A DNA stretch of 64,000 nt from an uncultured archaeon. Lineage in GTDB: Archaea > Asgardarchaeota > Lokiarchaeia > Sigyniarchaeales > SOKP01. Where the stretch lies: the NCBI GenBank assembly GCA_964632315.1, contig CAZWEM010000008.1:32001-96000 (forward strand), in the 5' to 3' direction. This document shows positions 59,295 through 64,000 of this stretch, one piece after another. Both the position numbers and the translations under genes were made by a program. The notes beneath the pieces are model-generated. The model saw only the letters and a program-made list of their open reading frames with translations, was not told where the DNA came from and searched no databases. Position 1 is the first letter of the stretch. Each line of letters begins with the position of its first letter.

Positions 59295-60203
59295 TTACAT
59301 TCTTGTTAAATTTTTACGAGGTAAATTTTGTATTCTTGGATCATTTATCAGTGAGTCCAGCGTTTTTAAAAAGGCTTCCTTATCTTCTTTAATGTTAGAG
59401 CTTTCTAATCCAACATAATTGGAAACATGATCATTATACACGTGGGAAGTTACATTTTCTCCTAACATTTTGATTATGTCTCTCTCTTCTTTAATACATT
59501 CCAAGGGAGATAATAATTGAAATTCTCCACTTTTCCATTCTTCCCACAGAGGAGTATAGGGAAGTATATTTAAAGTTCGAAATCTAAAAATAGTAGGATT
59601 TATTTCTGTTAAAACTCTCGCCGTTTCAATTGTATGTTCTGAACTTAATTTCTTTCCGCCGAGTCCAAGTAGGACATAGAGACTCAATTGTATGCCTGCC
59701 TTTAAAATTTTCTTTCCTGCCTTTATCATCGTTTCCGCATTTGTTCCTTTCTTCATTATTCTAAGGATTTTACTGCTGCCACTTTCTAAACCCATATATA
59801 CTATATCCAATCCAGCTTCTGATAAATTCTTCAATTCTTCATCTGTTTTTCTAACGATATCAAGAGATTTAGCATAACAACTAACTCTTGGGACATTTTT
59901 AAGACGAAATCTCACATATTTAATAATTTTTACGAGGTAATCAGTGGGAGCTGAAGTTGGATTCCCTCCAGCAAGAAAAACTGGATATCCGTGATAATTT
60001 TTTTCAGCATAACGATCGATATCTAGTAATACATCCTTTAAAGGACGTATTTCATAATCTTGTATGGTTCCATATACTCCTTTATAAGTTGAGCAAAATC
60101 GGCATCGGTTCCAAGAACATCCACCTGTGACAGCGATTAAAACAGAATACGCTTCAACGGGGGGGCGGATTACGATTTCACTCGCTGGTATTTTGATGGT
60201 CAT
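59295..60203 (-). CDS. Radical SAM protein
   Basis: IRPPVEA, GCSWNRCRFC, YMGLESG, GLGG. Confidence 0.9.
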   Translation of the reverse strand: MTIKIPASEIVIRPPVEAYSVLIAVTGGCSWNRCRFCSTYKGVYGTIQDYEIRPLKDVLLDIDRYAEKNYHGYPVFLAGGNPTSAPTDYLVKIIKYVRFRLKNVPRVSCYAKSLDIVRKTDEELKNLSEAGLDIVYMGLESGSSKILRIMKKGTNAETMIKAGKKILKAGIQLSLYVLLGLGGKKLSSEHTIETARVLTEINPTIFRFRTLNILPYTPLWEEWKSGEFQLLSPLECIKEERDIIKMLGENVTSHVYNDHVSNYVGLESSNIKEDKEAFLKTLDSLINDPRIQNLPRKNLTRM

Positions 60204-60318
60204 TATAAATCAATTAAAGATTGTAATTAATCATATTAAGTTTATTATTTAATAAATTTAGATTTGAGGGTTATGTAATTTAATAAAATTTTTTTTTGAA
60301 GTAATATTTTATTTTATA

Positions 60319-60981
60319 TTGACCTTTTTTCATGAAAATGTGTCAAAATCAGTAGTAAAAATTAAGGTATTTGAATTGAAAAGAATTACAATTCAAGAAA
60401 AACAAATCATATATTCTTTTAAAATTGTCATTATTGGGGGCCCAGGAGTGGGTAAGACATGTTTGTTTAATCGATTTTGTTTCAATTCGTTTAATTTTGA
60501 CACTTCAATGACTATAGGACTCAATTTTCATTCAATCGATATCCCGATTTATAATTCGGAAAATTTAGATTCAAATACTGAATTTTTTGTCTCAAATTCG
60601 ATTTTTGATTTTGGAGGACAAGAACGTTTCACGCCTTTAATTCCGAAATTCCTTCGAGGGGCAGATGGAACGATCTTAGTTTTTGATCTTTTAAATAAAA
60701 AATCCTTAGAACAACTTGATTTTTGGTATAATCAATTAATTAAACACGCGAACGGTTTGGATATTCCGAAAATCCTTGTTGGAAGTAAAAGTGATCTAAT
60801 CTCTAAGTCTGGGGAGAATAAGAAAATTAATAAGAAATTGATTTATAATTTTTTGAAGTTAAAAAATTTAGATAGTTATTATCTTACCTCTTCCTTGGAA
60901 AATTATAATGTGGTTGAAGTATTTAAAGAGTTAAATGACTTAATGCTAAGGAAGCATGAATCTAAATTTAGACTCGGTTGA
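60319..60981 (+). CDS. Rab-like small GTPase
   Basis: FKIVIIGGPGVGKT, TIG, FDFGGQERF, VFDL, GSKSD, TSS; true start probably downstream of 60319. Confidence 0.92.
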   Translation: MTFFHENVSKSVVKIKVFELKRITIQEKQIIYSFKIVIIGGPGVGKTCLFNRFCFNSFNFDTSMTIGLNFHSIDIPIYNSENLDSNTEFFVSNSIFDFGGQERFTPLIPKFLRGADGTILVFDLLNKKSLEQLDFWYNQLIKHANGLDIPKILVGSKSDLISKSGENKKINKKLIYNFLKLKNLDSYYLTSSLENYNVVEVFKELNDLMLRKHESKFRLG

Positions 60982-60995
60982 GAAAATAATTATTA

Positions 60996-62069
60996 TTAGA
61001 ATTCGCGCATATAAATATAATCGCAAAATTCGTTGAAAAATTGTTTCTGATTTTTATTCAGATCCGGATAGATATCATTAAGATAATTTTTCGCTTGAGA
61101 AATTAAATTTTTCGAGAAATGCTCAGCAATTACTATGGCATTCGTTTCAGAAAAAATATCAGCTACTCTTTTAATATCACTTTTTGATAGCTCCTCCAAG
61201 TGGTAAATTTCATTTAGCTCTCTTGATTGTTGTTCATCGGTATTTTGGACAGCAAAAATGTAAAGAATCTTTTTCTTTTTTCCTTCAATATCGCTCGTCA
61301 TATCGAGAATATCATCCCTGATAGCATAAGCTTGACCGATTCTTATCATGGCTTCTCCCAAAGGTTCGATTTGATAGTGAATATTCCCTTTAGCCAATAT
61401 CGCCCCAATTTTAGTTGACTTTTCTAATAGCCGTGCTCTTTGCATCTCTGCAATATTCAAATATTGTTCTAAAGACATGGTAATGTTATGATATTCCATA
61501 TACTCCTCAATTATTTGACCTCTCATCAAATAATCCATTGCAGAAATATATTCATTAATCGCTAATACTTTTAAATTATCTGGAAACTCTGATGATCTAA
61601 TAACATCTAATCCCATCAGATATGAATGAGTACCTCCTAAAATACTCATGTTTCGTCCATACATCTTGATTACTTCATTTTTATTCAATACATCACGGTT
61701 TTTATACACTTTCTTAATTTCATTTTTGAGTTGTTCATGGAAAGTAGGTTTATCTCTACGAGTCTTATCGTTATCTATCAAATCATCTTGAATCAAATGC
61801 CCAGAATGTAAAAGCTCTACAGCAATTGAAACTTCTCGAATCTGATCAATTTGGTCTTCTAAATATATGGGATTTACAATACCTATAAATGCAGCGATCT
61901 GTAATATGGGATGTAATCTTTTTGCTTTCTTATTCGTAATAAATTCCTCTAATTGGGAAATAAAATCCTTTAGTAAGATTTCTTCTTCATTTTCGTGCAT
62001 TTTTGAGAAATAAGTATCAATTTTTTCATCGACTTGGATTTTCTCGTTTTTTAAAAATTCTTCGATCAT
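60996..62069 (-). CDS. Polyprenyl diphosphate synthase family protein
   Basis: KRLHP, ELLH, DDLID..RR, GQ, RDDILD. Confidence 0.88.
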   Translation of the reverse strand: MIEEFLKNEKIQVDEKIDTYFSKMHENEEEILLKDFISQLEEFITNKKAKRLHPILQIAAFIGIVNPIYLEDQIDQIREVSIAVELLHSGHLIQDDLIDNDKTRRDKPTFHEQLKNEIKKVYKNRDVLNKNEVIKMYGRNMSILGGTHSYLMGLDVIRSSEFPDNLKVLAINEYISAMDYLMRGQIIEEYMEYHNITMSLEQYLNIAEMQRARLLEKSTKIGAILAKGNIHYQIEPLGEAMIRIGQAYAIRDDILDMTSDIEGKKKKILYIFAVQNTDEQQSRELNEIYHLEELSKSDIKRVADIFSETNAIVIAEHFSKNLISQAKNYLNDIYPDLNKNQKQFFNEFCDYIYMREF

Positions 62070-62168
62070 GATGCTTCACAATTATAAATTATTTCAAATT
62101 GTGCTAATAATGTTTTTATTTTGTTTTTAACATTATTTATTATAATTTATATAGTAGGGTAAAGAGAT

Positions 62169-62681
62169 ATGTTAATTGCTGTAATATCTGATTCTCATGA
62201 CCATCGTGACAATATCTTAAAAGCAGTCTCGATCATGAATGAAAAGAAAGTGGGAGCTTTAATCCATTGTGGGGACATTTGTTCTCCATTCACGAAAAGG
62301 TGGTTTGATAAATTAGATGAGGAGATAAAACTAAAATTTTATGCTGTTTTTGGAAATAATGATGGAGAACACGTTTTCTTAAAGAAAAATTTTGGAGAAA
62401 TGTGTAAGTTCGTAGAAAATGGGCATGAATGGTTGTTAGAATTCGATGGAAAAAAAATTTTTGCAGCTCATATGCCAAAACCAGGAGTTATAGAAGCTCT
62501 TGCCCATTCTGGAGAATTTGATTACGTATTATCAGGGCATACTCATATTATGGTTAACAGAAAAATAGATAATGGTGTAATTATACTCAATCCCGGAGAA
62601 GCTTGCGGTTATTTAACGGGAAAGCCTACGTTTGCAATCATTGATACAAAAACAGATAACGCAGATATAATCTATTTATAA
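62169..62681 (+). CDS. YfcE/MJ0936-family metallophosphoesterase
   Basis: SDSHD, HCGD, GNND, GHTH, NPGE. Confidence 0.93.
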   Translation: MLIAVISDSHDHRDNILKAVSIMNEKKVGALIHCGDICSPFTKRWFDKLDEEIKLKFYAVFGNNDGEHVFLKKNFGEMCKFVENGHEWLLEFDGKKIFAAHMPKPGVIEALAHSGEFDYVLSGHTHIMVNRKIDNGVIILNPGEACGYLTGKPTFAIIDTKTDNADIIYL

Positions 62682-62819
62682 ATATCATCAATATTCCTTT
62701 AAATTTTAATCCTTTAGGTAATCTTCCTATTTTACTTCTTATGATATTATTAGGGGAAGATTTCACCACAGCACCCTTTTTTTAATAACTTTTATCTAAG
62801 GCATACAACTTATAAAAAT

Positions 62820-64000
62820 ATGGCATTGCCTCTTGAAAATGTAAAAGTTTTAGATTTATCTAGGATGCTACCAGGTCCATATTGTTCAATGATCCTCTCA
62901 GATTTGGGTGCCGATGTTATTCATGTGAATGACCCAACATTTCCATACAGCAGTCCTCCCCCATTCTTTCAACAGAATAGGTATCGAGAAAGTGCGTTTA
63001 ATTCAATTTTAATGAGAAATAAACGATCTATTAACCTTAATCTAAAAAAAGAGGGTGCTAGAGAAATATTCTATAAATTAGTCTCCCAATCTGACGTATT
63101 ATTAGAAACTTTTAGACCAAAAGTAACAGATAAGCTCAAAATAGATTACGATACTTTATCGAAAATAAATCCATCTTTAGTTTATTGTTCGCTTACAGGT
63201 TATGGTCAAAACGGTCCTTATGAACAAATCGCAGGTCATGATCTCAATTACGTTGGGATGTGTGGAATACTCGATTTAAATAGACCAAGGAAAGCGTTAA
63301 ATGACGGTGAACGAGAAGAAGGACCTATCGTTCCAGGCATACAAGCCGCAGATATAGGAGGAGGTTTAATTTCAGTCATAGGAATTCTTGGAGCGCTTTT
63401 TGAAAGAAATTTAAATTCAGAAAAAAAAGGTCAATATGTAGATATTTCAATGCTGGATTCCGTCTTTTCATTCATGCCCATGGCTGCAGCAGTACATTTT
63501 TCCAAAGCCTTGAATGATGGTATCCAAAACGAAAATATTTTACATGGTTCTTGCCCTTATTATTCTGTTTATAGAACAAAGGATGACAAGTACGTGTCAG
63601 TAGGAGCAATTGAGTTTAAATTCTGGAGGGATTTATGCCTAGGGCTTGGGAGAGAAGATCTTAAACCTAAACAAATGGTAAAAGGTGAAGAACGAGAATG
63701 GGTATTTGCAGAACTTCAAAACGAGTTTTTAAAAAAGACACAGAATGAATGGGTTGGTACATTCAAGGATTTAGATGCTTGTGTCATGCCAGTCAAGTGT
63801 TTCGCCGAAGCGTGTGAAGATCCTCAAATAAAAGCACGTGAAATGGTCACCGAACTAAAGCATCCTAAATTTGGAAAAATTCCTAATATCGCTTCACCAA
63901 TCAAATATTCAAGAACGAATCTAAAGATTAGAAGTCTTGCTCCTAAAACTGGTCAACACACTAAAGAAATACTCAAAGGTTTAAATTATACTGATGAGGA
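62820..64000 (+). CDS. CaiB/BaiF (family III) CoA transferase, runs off the window end
   Basis: Not in ORF track. From ATG 62820: MALPLENVKVLDLSRMLPGPYCSMILSDLGADVI...RNKRSI..ETFRP..GYGQNGPY...GHDLNY...ADIGGG. Confidence 0.92.
   Translation, partial: MALPLENVKVLDLSRMLPGPYCSMILSDLGADVIHVNDPTFPYSSPPPFFQQNRYRESAFNSILMRNKRSINLNLKKEGAREIFYKLVSQSDVLLETFRPKVTDKLKIDYDTLSKINPSLVYCSLTGYGQNGPYEQIAGHDLNYVGMCGILDLNRPRKALNDGEREEGPIVPGIQAADIGGGLISVIGILGALFERNLNSEKKGQYVDISMLDSVFSFMPMAAAVHFSKALNDGIQNENILHGSCPYYSVYRTKDDKYVSVGAIEFKFWRDLCLGLGREDLKPKQMVKGEEREWVFAELQNEFLKKTQNEWVGTFKDLDACVMPVKCFAEACEDPQIKAREMVTELKHPKFGKIPNIASPIKYSRTNLKIRSLAPKTGQHTKEILKGLNYTDE

Noticed and set aside
1562-62478. Many short ORFs nested in or antisense to long genes (e.g. 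1562-1822, 16244-16675, 30014-30388, 36930-37322, 41979-42311, 46286-46573)
   Set aside because: Shadow frames of well-supported genes with no recognisable motifs.
1-64000. CRISPR arrays, tRNA/rRNA genes, intact IS elements, integrases
   Set aside because: No regularly spaced repeats, GC-rich cloverleaf or rRNA segments, or transposase/integrase motifs seen by eye.

Overview
AT-rich, gene-dense archaeal chromosomal window, most likely from an Asgard archaeon (Lokiarchaeia/Promethearchaeota-like). The basis is the co-occurrence of archaeal housekeeping genes (tRNA-splicing endonuclease, PINA ATPase, archaeal Ski2-like helicase, TFB-like fragment) with eukaryotic-signature proteins (actin-family protein, ubiquitin-like protein ending GG-C, Rab-like GTPase, two longin-like proteins, Loki-CTERM-type tail). 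About 57 intact CDS, mostly metabolic (purH, guaB, folD, GH20, PfkB, CoA-transferase, radical SAMs, transporters). I saw no rRNA, tRNA, CRISPR array or intact transposase. Most notable: (1) an actin/Arp-like protein with a ~135-aa double zinc-ribbon insertion and substituted catalytic residues; (2) a 909-aa HEAT + tandem winged-helix protein resembling the UFM1 E3 components UFL1/DDRGK1, plus a Ubl with mixed ubiquitin/UFM1 features, together a candidate proto-UFMylation/Ubl system; (3) an SSUH2-like DnaJ zinc-finger protein; (4) a degenerate DRG GTPase between two longin genes; (5) a ParE-type toxin-antitoxin operon split by a two-gene cassette, with both remnants missed by the ORF track; (6) unannotated microproteins, decayed ORFs (one with an in-frame UGA) and a structured intergenic element. 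All family assignments come from motif recognition by eye; no searches were run.
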